IMG/VR virus record: IMGVR_UViG_3300047548_001136
Location: 1 to 64,000 of that record
Strand: one strand, 5' to 3'
From: a virus
DNA length: 64,000 nucleotides
In this document: piece by piece, positions 46,203 to 55,517 of the stretch
How positions within the stretch are numbered: position 1 is the stretch's first letter
Layout of the letters: each line of letters starts with the position of its first letter
Translations under genes and position numbers: made by a program
The notes under the pieces: model-generated
Seen by the model: only the letters and a program-made list of their open reading frames with translations
What the model was told of the DNA's origin: nothing
Database searches by the model: none

Positions 46203-46949
46203 ATGAGCAAAAAAGGTGTTATGAGCGAGTTTCTAGAAATTATTAAGGAAGCAAAAGCACAAGGACCTGTTGATCAGAATTGTGTATGTCAGTATTGTGG
46301 CAAAGCTTTTGTGCGTGAATCAACGTTGTCTGCACATTTATGCGAAAGCAAAAGACGCCATCAACAAAAAGATGAAGTTGGTGTACGACTTGCATACCAA
46401 GCATGGCTACGTTTTTATGAACTAACACAAGGGTCTGCCAAAAAGAAAAACTATGATGACTTTGTGAGAAGCTCGTATTATGTCGCTTTCACAAAATTTG
46501 GCAGACACTTACATAGCATAAGGGCAGTTAACCCAACTGCTTTTATTGACTATGTTATTAAGAATAATAAAAAGTTAGATCATTGGTGTAAGGATAAACT
46601 TTATGAGGAATACCTACTACAGTACTTGCAAAAGGAAAATCCACAAGACGCACTAGAGCGTGGTATTCTCGAAATGCAAGAGTGGGCCGATGAAGAGCAA
46701 AGTGTAGTTAAAGACTTTTTCCGTTATGCTAACACTAACCGTATTGTAGCAATGATTGTGAATGGGCGTATTAGCCCGTGGGTAATCTATTGCAGTGATA
46801 CTGGACAAGCGTGTTTGGAACGCTTTAATGAAGAACAAATTATGATGGTGTTCCCGTGGATTGAACCAGATATGTGGCAACGCAAGTTAAAGACTTATGC
46901 TGCTGATGCAGAGTGGTGCAGGCATGTATTGACTCAGGCAGGATTTTAA
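46203..46949 (+). CDS. C2H2-like zinc-finger hypothetical protein
   Basis: CQYCGKAFVRESTLSAHLC; G.ISPW. Confidence 0.7.
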   Translation: MSKKGVMSEFLEIIKEAKAQGPVDQNCVCQYCGKAFVRESTLSAHLCESKRRHQQKDEVGVRLAYQAWLRFYELTQGSAKKKNYDDFVRSSYYVAFTKFGRHLHSIRAVNPTAFIDYVIKNNKKLDHWCKDKLYEEYLLQYLQKENPQDALERGILEMQEWADEEQSVVKDFFRYANTNRIVAMIVNGRISPWVIYCSDTGQACLERFNEEQIMMVFPWIEPDMWQRKLKTYAADAEWCRHVLTQAGF

Positions 46950-47182
46950 TGCGTTGGAAAACTGAAACATTTCAAGAACGATGCAGGCGTTTAGAAAAGT
47001 GGCGCCCATAGTTTGCATGGCGACCTGTTGTCATTGATGGACAACGTGTTTGGTTAGAATGGATTTATCGTAGAACTAAGGTTTATTCTGGAATTGATGT
47101 GATATACGAAACAGAATATGCGGATACTATGACTATACTAAAAAAACAAAAATTTGATGGGGAATATGATGGGCTTGAGTGA
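46949..47182 (+). pseudogene. W-x-x-W-F-A-W-x-P-V family small protein interrupted by in-frame TAG at 47009
   Basis: TAATG-coupled start; KWRP*FAWRPV...VWLE parallels EWHKWYAWYPV...VWLK in the next gene. Confidence 0.6.
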
Positions 47183-47477
47183 TAATCGTGATAGCAAACT
47201 AAAATATGCAATGCGAGTGTATAATCATCCAAGCTTTGGGGAATGGCATAAGTGGTATGCATGGTATCCAGTTCGTATAGTAAAGTTTCATAGGGTAGAA
47301 CTTACAACATTTGGTGTTGGTGAATTTTTTATCAAAACATATCAATGGGTATGGCTTAAAGAAGTCGCGCGACGTAAAGTTATTGATGAACTCGATGGAC
47401 CAGGTCGTGAAGGTGCTGGATCAAAAATATATTACGAATACACTACAACAATGGAACTACTAGCAAGTGGATATTGA
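47166..47477 (+). CDS. small hypothetical protein (WYAWYPV family)
   Basis: Paralog of the upstream interrupted ORF; exact start uncertain. Confidence 0.65.
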   Translation: MMGLSDNRDSKLKYAMRVYNHPSFGEWHKWYAWYPVRIVKFHRVELTTFGVGEFFIKTYQWVWLKEVARRKVIDELDGPGREGAGSKIYYEYTTTMELLASGY

Positions 47478-47509
47478 CTGGAGTTTATGTTACTGATACT
47501 AAATAAAGT

Positions 47510-48109
47510 ATGAGTAAATTTAAACCAACGTATCTTTACGTTAAGCAACATAATCAAACTGGTCTAAAATATTTTGGAAAAACAACAAAAGATCCACTCA
47601 TTTATAAGGGATCAGGACTTTATTGGAAAAATCACTTAAAAGTTCACGGAGATGATATTACAACTGTATGGTTTATGCTTTTTGAAAACGAACAAACATT
47701 AACTGAATACGCTAATAAATTCTCATTGGACCACAATATTGCTGAGTCAACAGAATGGGCTAATCTTAAACCAGAAAACGGACTTGATGGCTTCACACAA
47801 GGTCACAAATACAACGTTGGTTCAAAAAGACCTAATTTATCAGAATACAACTTAAGACCCGAAGTCATTGCAAAACGTAAAGAAAATAATAAAGGCAATG
47901 ATTATGCTAAAGCGTTAAAAGGATATAAACAATCTAGCGATCATGTTGAGAAAAGGATGAAAGCACATCGAGGTATCAAAAAAGGTCCTCAAACAGAAGC
48001 ACATATTAAAAGTAGATTTCAGAAAAAGCATTGTGTACACTGTGAAGGTGAGTTTACTCCTGTAAATTTTTCAAGATGGCACGGTGACAAATGCAAACAG
48101 AAAATGTAA
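47510..48109 (+). mobile_element. GIY-YIG-like (Seg-type) free-standing homing endonuclease
   Basis: TYLYVKQH..TGLKYFGKT...Y.GSG.YW..HL..HG, WANL..ENG.DG, NUMOD-like repeats, C.HC...RWHGDKC; own TAAATA promoter. Confidence 0.75.
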
Positions 48110-48684
48110 AAAAGTTTACTAGTGACATAGATATTGATGTTGCTAATCGTGATGATGTGCTGAAATTAATTAAGCACACCCCGGCTAGTATGTTTAAAAA
48201 AGGACAATTTGTTAAACACTTAACAGGAATATATGTTACTGATGTCCCTGTTGATCCAATTACTGGCATGGCAACTGTGGAGTACGAAAAAGCAGAGGAA
48301 CTTGGCTACGTTAAGTTGGACATACTTAATCAATCTGTTTACGATCAAGTAAAAGATCCAGCGCATTTAGAGAAGCTGTTATCAACAGAACCTATGTGGG
48401 AAATGCTGCAATACAAAGAGTTTATAGAGCAAGTAGTTCATATTGGCAATCACTATGATACTATACAGCGTATGCCGGAACCTATTAACAACATTCCTCG
48501 CATGGCTATGTTGCTTGCTATTATACGACCGGCAAAACGACATTTAGTTGGCAAAACATGGAAGGAAGTTGGGTTGGATGTATGGACTAAACCAGCTGAT
48601 GATGCATATTACTTTAAGAAATCACATGCTGTCAGTTATGCACATTTAGTTAAAGTTCATATGAATTTATTGTGCGGAGTGTAA
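48091..48684 (+). CDS. miniature DnaE (Pol III alpha) catalytic-core-like protein
   Basis: SDIDID, KH.TG.Y, GYVKLDIL, LAIIRP, FKKSHAVSYA motifs in family C polymerase order, within 197 aa. Confidence 0.7.
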   Translation: MQTENVKKFTSDIDIDVANRDDVLKLIKHTPASMFKKGQFVKHLTGIYVTDVPVDPITGMATVEYEKAEELGYVKLDILNQSVYDQVKDPAHLEKLLSTEPMWEMLQYKEFIEQVVHIGNHYDTIQRMPEPINNIPRMAMLLAIIRPAKRHLVGKTWKEVGLDVWTKPADDAYYFKKSHAVSYAHLVKVHMNLLCGV

Positions 48685-48685
48685 T

Positions 48686-49363
48686 ATGATTACACTAATT
48701 GGGGCTGGTTGCAGTTTTACGTTAGGGTCAGAGTTAGCTGACGATAACGACTCTAAAAGTCCAAGTAATTACACTTGGGCTGCTTTACTCGCAAAAAAGT
48801 TTAATATGAATTATCATTGCGTTGCTAAGCCAGGTATTAGTAACCAAACTATCGCCAGGACTCTTTTTGATACTATAGTTGAAAAACAACATCAAGAGTT
48901 AGCTGTTGCTGTAATGTGGTCTTTTACAAATAGATACGAAATATTTTCTAATAATGATTGGTTAACAGTAAGTAGTCAAACACGTAATATCGAACCAAAA
49001 GTTAATACATGGTATGAGATTTGTGGCGATAGCGAAGTATATGAAATATATACTAGTTTAACTAGTTACTTGATGATCCAAGAATTGCTTGAGCGTAAAA
49101 ATATCCCATACATGTTTACAAGTGCAGATGTTTGTATTTTCAATCGTTATTTTTATAAGCATCCTACTACAAGTATTCGTAGTTTACAAACTGAAATTAA
49201 TTGGGATAAATGGGTTTGGATTGGAAAAAATAAAGAAGGTTTCTTTACATGGGGTAGTCGTTATCCTGCAGGTCCTTATCTACATCCATTAGAAGAAGCC
49301 CATGAAGAATTAGCTAATATGTTATTGCCATCTGCAAAAAAATTGTTAAGGCTTGCGGACTAG
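48686..49363 (+). CDS. SGNH/GDSL hydrolase-like protein
   Basis: GCSFT.G, A.PG.SN..I.R, VMWS...R, HPLEEAH. Confidence 0.7.
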   Translation: MITLIGAGCSFTLGSELADDNDSKSPSNYTWAALLAKKFNMNYHCVAKPGISNQTIARTLFDTIVEKQHQELAVAVMWSFTNRYEIFSNNDWLTVSSQTRNIEPKVNTWYEICGDSEVYEIYTSLTSYLMIQELLERKNIPYMFTSADVCIFNRYFYKHPTTSIRSLQTEINWDKWVWIGKNKEGFFTWGSRYPAGPYLHPLEEAHEELANMLLPSAKKLLRLAD

Positions 49364-49717
49364 TTGTATCATTTTACGTTTAGTTCGTTTACCAGCTATT
49401 TCGTGTAAACGGACGGCATGTCCCGCAACTATTTCACATTCTTTTGTTATTAACGTTTTAGCACAATATCTAAATTGTACCCAATCTTCTTTTAAGAAAA
49501 CATTAATAGGAATCATACGATTTGATTCCCACCACCATTGATTTGCTAACTCAAGAAAAAGCTTTTTATGGTCATCTGTTTTTAATGTATTGTAATCATA
49601 TATTGTAGTTACGTCAACGTCTTGGTTCTGAACGATGCAAACATATTCAATATCAGAATAACGGATAATAGCGAAAAAAGGATATTTTTCTAATAATTGT
49701 TGTAAAGCTTCTTCCAT
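49346..49717 (-). CDS. hypothetical protein
   Basis: KYPF, WWWESNR.IPIN.FL; CTAAGTA late-like motif upstream. Confidence 0.7.
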   Translation of the reverse strand: MEEALQQLLEKYPFFAIIRYSDIEYVCIVQNQDVDVTTIYDYNTLKTDDHKKLFLELANQWWWESNRMIPINVFLKEDWVQFRYCAKTLITKECEIVAGHAVRLHEIAGKRTKRKMIQLVRKP

Positions 49718-49792
49718 TCCAATTTTACTTAGCATCAATAATACCATACTGTTAATTGACTAGACGTTAACTAACTACTATATTAAGTTGTT

Positions 49793-50773
49793 ATGAATTC
49801 TATTCAAGATGCAATACGTTCTGTAATTCCACCTAAGCATAAAAATGCTACCAAGGGTTGGATAAGCTTTAATGCTCCTTGTTGCACCCATAATGGCGAA
49901 ACTAAGGACATAAAAGGTCGCGGCGGTATGGTTTTTGAAGATGGTGGAGTAATCTATCATTGCTTTAATTGTGGGTTTAAGACTGGTTGGAGACCAGGGT
50001 TGCACTTCGGATTAAAGATCCGTAAACTTATGGAATGGATGGGTATGGACGAAGGCCTCATTATGAGGCTACAGTTCGACGCATTGCGTGACCTTGATGA
50101 GGAAGTTGTTTATCAAGAGCGTATTAAAGAAGCAATACACTTTGAACCACGCGATCTTCCAGAAAACACAGTTAGTTTAGCATCCGCACAAGAGCAGGAT
50201 GCATTAGATGTTGCAAAGTATCTTGATAGCAGGGGCTTTGAATTGCACGACTTTGACTGGATGTGGAGTCCCGCAGAAGGATACAACAGGCGCCTTATAA
50301 TCCCATACACTTGGGAAAATAAAGTTGTAGGTTATACTGCTCGTAGTATTGATTACAACGGCAGCAAAGGCAAATATATTCAACACGTTGGTAGTGATTA
50401 CGTGTTTGGTATGGATCAACAAAAGCGTGATAGTAAGTTTGCACTGTTAAGCGAAGGTCCACTTGATGCAATTTCACTTGGCGGACTTGCAGTACTAACT
50501 AATGAAGTCAATGACCGCAAAGCCGAGATAATCGATACACTGGGACGAGAAATTATCGTTGTACCGGACAGAGACAAAGCAGGCAAGCAATTAGTTAATG
50601 CTGCACTTAAGTATGGATGGAGCGTTGCTTTTCCAGACTGGCAAGATGACATTAAGGATATTGCGGATGCTTGTTTACGCTATGGTAGACTTTACACGTT
50701 AAGATCAATATTATGTAGTAAGCAGTCTAATAAATTAAAGATAGAGTTATTAAGGAAGCGATATGGAATCTAA
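49793..50773 (+). CDS. DNA primase, T4 gp61-like
   Basis: CC.H...YHCFNCG Zn finger; YL..RG; RLIIP; GYTAR; TOPRIM EGPLDA, PDRD.AG, KD. Confidence 0.9.
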   Translation: MNSIQDAIRSVIPPKHKNATKGWISFNAPCCTHNGETKDIKGRGGMVFEDGGVIYHCFNCGFKTGWRPGLHFGLKIRKLMEWMGMDEGLIMRLQFDALRDLDEEVVYQERIKEAIHFEPRDLPENTVSLASAQEQDALDVAKYLDSRGFELHDFDWMWSPAEGYNRRLIIPYTWENKVVGYTARSIDYNGSKGKYIQHVGSDYVFGMDQQKRDSKFALLSEGPLDAISLGGLAVLTNEVNDRKAEIIDTLGREIIVVPDRDKAGKQLVNAALKYGWSVAFPDWQDDIKDIADACLRYGRLYTLRSILCSKQSNKLKIELLRKRYGI

Positions 50774-51653
50774 ATTTCCTTTAGATTTTAGTAATTTTGA
50801 ATTAGAGATTACTAACAGATGTAATCTAGCTTGTCCAAGGTGTGCAAGAACAGACTTTATTGAAAAGTTTCCTAAAGCATGGCTTAACCACGATTTAAGC
50901 TTAGATCATTTTAAAATTTTTATTGCTCCAGTACTAGATCAAATAGAAATATTTGAATTTAAAGGAACGATGGGCGACCCAATATTTCATCCTGAATTCA
51001 TTGAATGGATTAAATGGGCAAAAGGTCAAAATAAAAAAGTATACATTCATACCAACGGACAAAGCGGCACAACTCTTTGGAAAAAGCTTGCATGGTTATT
51101 AGATAAAAATGATAAGGTAGTTGTTGGTATTGACGGCACGCCTGAAAATTTTATGACATATAGAGTGAATGCAAGATGGAAAAACATTGTTGAATGTGCA
51201 ACTGCTTTAAAAGATTCGACTACGTTAATATGGCAATTTATAGTTTTTAATTACAATCAAAATGATATTCAGGAAGCACGTAAGTTAAGTAAAGAATTAA
51301 GCTTCGATGAGTTTTTTATTTTACATAGCGATCGTTGGGTTGATGAAAATGATTGGTTAAAGCCAACAGAAAATTCTAAAGAACGTCCCAATGATAAGCA
51401 AGATATTGATCCTTTGTGTATTAAAAAACCAATGCATATTGTAACTGCTGATGGTTATTATATGCCGTGTTGTATGTTAATTGATCATCGATTTAGATAC
51501 AAAACCCCGTGGTCGAAGACATTTGATATACATCAAGTAACCATAAACGATGTAATAAAATCTAGCATAGCAAAGGATTTCTTTGCTAAACTAACTAGTG
51601 AGTCTGCACCTAACTATTGCAGATTTAATTGCGGAAAGTGTAATGGAATCTAA
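50763..51653 (+). CDS. radical SAM protein with SPASM/twitch-like C-terminus
   Basis: CNLACPRC, GDP..HP, HTNG, GIDG, YR.N; C-terminal C..DG...PCC..C..NC. Confidence 0.9.
   Translation: MESKFPLDFSNFELEITNRCNLACPRCARTDFIEKFPKAWLNHDLSLDHFKIFIAPVLDQIEIFEFKGTMGDPIFHPEFIEWIKWAKGQNKKVYIHTNGQSGTTLWKKLAWLLDKNDKVVVGIDGTPENFMTYRVNARWKNIVECATALKDSTTLIWQFIVFNYNQNDIQEARKLSKELSFDEFFILHSDRWVDENDWLKPTENSKERPNDKQDIDPLCIKKPMHIVTADGYYMPCCMLIDHRFRYKTPWSKTFDIHQVTINDVIKSSIAKDFFAKLTSESAPNYCRFNCGKCNGI
50763..51653 (+). repeat. 11-bp direct repeat ATGGAATCTAA at 50763-50773 and 51643-51653 bracketing the radical SAM gene
   Basis: Exact repeat; each copy contains the next gene's ATG and the previous gene's TAA. Confidence 0.85.
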
Positions 51654-53028
51654 GTATTCGGTAGATCTACAAAAACTATTTTTAGAAATAATGCTCGCAG
51701 ATGCACAGTCGTTTGTGCGTGTACAAAACATTTATGATCCCGTTAACTTTGATAAGAGTTTGCGATCAGCAGCAACTTTCTTACAGGACTATAGTAAGAA
51801 ATATAATTCATTACCGACAAACGAACAAGTTAAGGCTGGAGCAGGTGTTAGCCTACAAAAGCTCGATGCTGTTGATGACAGCATGATTGATTGGTTTATG
51901 GATGAGTTTGAATCATTCACACGTCATGAAACACTGCTACGTGTAATTCTCAAAAGTGCTGATCTCATTGAAAAAGGTGAGTATGACCCAATTGAAAAAC
52001 TAGTTAAGGATGCAGTACAAATCTCACTAACAAGAGATTTAGGTACTGATTATTTTGATGATCCGCGATCACGTTTGATGAAGTTAAAGTCCAACAACGG
52101 ACAAATGTCTACTGGGTGGCCAACGCTTGATAACAAACTATATGGTGGTTTTAATAGAGGCGAACTTGAAATCTTTGCAGGCGGTTCAGGTGCAGGTAAG
52201 TCGCTGTTTATGCAGAACTTGGCACTTAACTGGCTTATGAATGGACTTGATGGTGTATACATTACACTAGAACTTAGCGAGGAACTTTGTTCTATGCGTA
52301 TTGACAGTATGCTTACAGGTGTAACAAGCAAAGAGATCTTCAAAGAAATTGATACAGTTGAAATGAAGATTAAAATGGTTGGTAAGAAGGCAGGCAACTT
52401 GCGTATCAAATACATGCCAGCACAAAGCAACGTAAATGATATACGTGCTTACTTAAAAGAACTGCAAGTTCAAACTGGTCGTAAGATTAGTTACTTGTGT
52501 GTAGACTATCTCGATCTTCTAATGCCAGTTAGCGCAAAAGTAAGTCCAAGCGATCTATTCGTAAAAGACAAATACGTATCAGAAGAGTTGCGTAACTTAG
52601 CTCGCGAACTTGATATGGTACTTGTAACAGCATCGCAGTTAAACAGAGGTGCAGTTGAAGAAGTTGAGTTTGATCACAGTCACATCTCAGGGGGTATTTC
52701 TAAGATCAATACAGCAGACAACGTATTTGGTATTTTTACAAGCCGCAGCATGAAGGAACAAGGGCGTTATCAACTACAGTTAATGAAAACACGTAGTTCC
52801 AGCGGTGTTGGACAAAAAGTTGAACTTGAGTTTGATGTAAACACATTGCGTATTATTGATACCGGTGAAGATATTCAAAGTAACTTCAAAAAGCCAAGTT
52901 CTAACATTATGGATAGCATTAAAAATAAGACAAATGTTACTCCAAGTGAAGTAACAGATACACCAAAAGTAACTGCGGAAGTGCAAAGTGCTAAGTTAAA
53001 GCAGATGCTTGCTAACTTGAAAAAGTAA
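51643..53028 (+). CDS. replicative DnaB-like helicase, T4 gp41-like
   Basis: STGW..LD, GGSGAGKS, ITLELSE, VDYLDL, TASQLNR, KTR; start moved to ATG 51643. Confidence 0.93.
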   Translation: MESKYSVDLQKLFLEIMLADAQSFVRVQNIYDPVNFDKSLRSAATFLQDYSKKYNSLPTNEQVKAGAGVSLQKLDAVDDSMIDWFMDEFESFTRHETLLRVILKSADLIEKGEYDPIEKLVKDAVQISLTRDLGTDYFDDPRSRLMKLKSNNGQMSTGWPTLDNKLYGGFNRGELEIFAGGSGAGKSLFMQNLALNWLMNGLDGVYITLELSEELCSMRIDSMLTGVTSKEIFKEIDTVEMKIKMVGKKAGNLRIKYMPAQSNVNDIRAYLKELQVQTGRKISYLCVDYLDLLMPVSAKVSPSDLFVKDKYVSEELRNLARELDMVLVTASQLNRGAVEEVEFDHSHISGGISKINTADNVFGIFTSRSMKEQGRYQLQLMKTRSSSGVGQKVELEFDVNTLRIIDTGEDIQSNFKKPSSNIMDSIKNKTNVTPSEVTDTPKVTAEVQSAKLKQMLANLKK

Positions 53029-53050
53029 AAAATCAAATAAATAATTTATT

Positions 53051-53302
53051 ATGAAACGTAGAACTCGTAGCATACTTGATGAAATTACTAATATTGTCCC
53101 AGATCATGATCGTAGCAGTATTATTGAAAGCCGTGCCTTACACATTATTACAAGTGCTGTAAATTTAATTAATTTAATTCGTGAAACGTATGATCCTGAA
53201 ACAGCAGGCGAATTAGAGCGTAGGCTTTTAAACAGCATTAGGGGACAAGATTCAAGTAAATTTATGCGCGGTATACGAAGGACTGACCGCAATGAAGATT
53301 AA
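53051..53302 (+). CDS. small hypothetical late protein
   Basis: TAAATA at 53038; coupled to the next gene. Confidence 0.75.
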   Translation: MKRRTRSILDEITNIVPDHDRSSIIESRALHIITSAVNLINLIRETYDPETAGELERRLLNSIRGQDSSKFMRGIRRTDRNED

Positions 53303-53888
53303 TGAATTACTTGAAAATCAACCAATCGAAGAAATATTTGGTATTAGTCAACTCGAACAAATTGTTTTAAAAGCATCAAAACAATGGGATGAAGTGGCTA
53401 AAAAATTAATACAAGTGCAACCAGATACTGCACAAGATCCAGATAAGTATGCCCTTGCTTTCATACAGTATCTAGCAAAGTTAGTCAAGGCACGTAATCT
53501 TTCAGATCCAATATTAAGCGGAGCAATGCGTCAATTTTTCAAAACTGCTGGTGGATCAAGTGTAAAGAGTAGATATAATTTACCATACAGTATGCCACCT
53601 GGTAAAATGCCATCTAGTCAGGCAATTACTGCTGCAATCAAAGTTGCTTACACTGCATACCAAGCTGAAAGAAATGCACAGTTGCAACAGCAACAACAAA
53701 CTGCTCAGCAACCTCCTCAATCTGCCCCAATTGCACCAGGTACACAAGCAACATTAAATGGTAATAAATTTACTTGGCTTGGGGCACAATGGAAAAATAA
53801 CAAAACAGGTCGTATGGCAACTAAAGCTCAAGGCGCCGCGCTAACTGCGTCTATAAGACCTACTACTAATGCAGGTACAACACCATGA
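53292..53888 (+). CDS. putative head-internal protein
   Basis: MKINELLE..IEE N-terminus; Gln-rich linker; F.WLGAQW module. Confidence 0.7.
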   Translation: MKINELLENQPIEEIFGISQLEQIVLKASKQWDEVAKKLIQVQPDTAQDPDKYALAFIQYLAKLVKARNLSDPILSGAMRQFFKTAGGSSVKSRYNLPYSMPPGKMPSSQAITAAIKVAYTAYQAERNAQLQQQQQTAQQPPQSAPIAPGTQATLNGNKFTWLGAQWKNNKTGRMATKAQGAALTASIRPTTNAGTTP

Positions 53889-54571
53889 GCTTTGAATTTG
53901 TAAAAGAATTAAGTGAAGCAAAACTTTTTCGTAATCCCACTAGGCTTGCAAATACAAGTGTAAGCGAAATTGCTGATAATTTCTTTAACGCAATTTTAAG
54001 TCTGCACGTTATGAAAAAGACAGATCCAGAAGCAGCAAGGAAGTACGCACAGCAAACACTTGCTTACGGCAATTTAAATGGATGGAGAAGTTCCGGCAGT
54101 GATCTCCATAATATGGCTCATACGCTAATAAACAATAGACGTTACTCAGATAAAATTGAAATTGATCGTTTAGTTTCTATCCCAGAATTGCAGTATAAAA
54201 CTTATTTAAAAAACGTAGCAAACGGAAAAAATGATCGAGATTTTGATCGTAATTTTCTTTTAACATTGCAGCAACGCCTAGGAATTAGCAGTCCTGGATT
54301 AAAGTCTGCACGTCGTTTGATTGCAGATTGGGATCGTGCTTTGCCAGAAGAACAACAGCTGGCAGCGACTAGAGTTTATATGGGTATACAAAAAGACCTT
54401 CAACAAAGCGATCTTTATAACCCGTATTCACGTACAGTAAAACGTAATAAATTACTTGCTAGAAATGCAGAAATGCCAAAGAGCGTTAAAACTGGTACAC
54501 CGCTTTGGGCTAAGATGGCTATTGCAGGCGTTGCAGGATACGCAATTGGTAAAAAAATAGCTGAATTATAA
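53885..54571 (+). CDS. putative virion protein with C-terminal glycine-zipper-like helix
   Basis: MSFEFVKELSEAK; ends AIAGVAGYAIGKKIAEL. Confidence 0.75.
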   Translation: MSFEFVKELSEAKLFRNPTRLANTSVSEIADNFFNAILSLHVMKKTDPEAARKYAQQTLAYGNLNGWRSSGSDLHNMAHTLINNRRYSDKIEIDRLVSIPELQYKTYLKNVANGKNDRDFDRNFLLTLQQRLGISSPGLKSARRLIADWDRALPEEQQLAATRVYMGIQKDLQQSDLYNPYSRTVKRNKLLARNAEMPKSVKTGTPLWAKMAIAGVAGYAIGKKIAEL

Positions 54572-54642
54572 TTAATTTTTTAATTCAAATGCTAAATAAT
54601 TACAGCGCACAAAGCGCAGAAACTTAGATAAGGAAAAATAAA

Positions 54643-55026
54643 ATGGCCGGTGTAGTAAAAGTAAATGGCGATATGGGTGTAGCTGGTGCTGCACAGTTCT
54701 TTGGTGGTTCAAAGATTGCTTTCTTTGGAATGATCGTAAAGAACGGTTCTGGTACAGCAGTTGACATGAGCGGTGAAGGCGGTGTAAACGAAGCATGGGA
54801 AGCAGTATACAAGGCTCTCTCACTAAAGGGTACTCCAGTACTATTCCAGTACGAGAGTGGTGCTTCAGGCGTTGCAAGCTGGGGAATTGAGCAGAACGGT
54901 GCTGGTTGGACTGCTGCTGACATGCAGACAGCTATCCGCGCTCTAGGTACAGCAGTAGGTGCTAACAGCGTAGACGTTTCTGGTACAACTGTAACAGACG
55001 TAGGCTTCAAGCTAGCTGCTGCCTAA
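54643..55026 (+). CDS. probable abundant virion structural protein, 127 aa
   Basis: Own TAAATA promoter, AAGGA SD and terminator; Gly/Ala/Val-rich. Confidence 0.75.
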   Translation: MAGVVKVNGDMGVAGAAQFFGGSKIAFFGMIVKNGSGTAVDMSGEGGVNEAWEAVYKALSLKGTPVLFQYESGASGVASWGIEQNGAGWTAADMQTAIRALGTAVGANSVDVSGTTVTDVGFKLAAA

Positions 55027-55046
55027 TAGCAGATAAATAAACTAAG

Positions 55047-55077
55047 AAAGCTGCATAACTATTATGCAGCTTTTTTT
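55047..55077 (+). terminator. rho-independent terminator
   Basis: AAAGCTGCATAA..TTATGCAGCTTTTTTT. Confidence 0.9.
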
Positions 55078-55515
55078 ATGACTAATATGCATTTACAATC
55101 TCAATGGCGTGATCCACGCATTCAACCATACACATTAAGCAAGTTAACTCCTATGGACTTGCATACAGATCAACGTTGGAAAACACGTGATCTTCCACGA
55201 ATAGAACAAGATGGTTTATGGTATCCTATCATGTTGTATAAAATTTCTCCTTACTGGTGGCATAATATGTACTGTCGATGGAAACCCAAAGAATACGAAC
55301 ATACTCGTCCAATCATAAACGAAGATGGCATGATATGGGCAGTGAAAATGGGCAGTAATCGATACCAATGTGCAGTTTATTTAGGATACAATACAATAGA
55401 TGCTATTATGTTTAATAATAGCGATGATTGTGTTAAGTTAGCTGTATGGCACAGGGAATGTGATCCGTTAAATAATAAAAACGCTTCACCATATACTGGT
55501 GCATATGGATACTGA
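55078..55515 (+). CDS. ParB/Srx-like fold protein
   Basis: I..DGL.YPI.L...GSNR..CA..LGY.TI.AI pattern. Confidence 0.45.
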   Translation: MTNMHLQSQWRDPRIQPYTLSKLTPMDLHTDQRWKTRDLPRIEQDGLWYPIMLYKISPYWWHNMYCRWKPKEYEHTRPIINEDGMIWAVKMGSNRYQCAVYLGYNTIDAIMFNNSDDCVKLAVWHRECDPLNNKNASPYTGAYGY

Positions 55516-55517
55516 AA

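Noticed and set aside
54572-55010. Minus-strand ORFs of 101 and 128 aa
   Set aside because: Shadows of the + strand gene 54643-55026, which has a promoter, SD and terminator.
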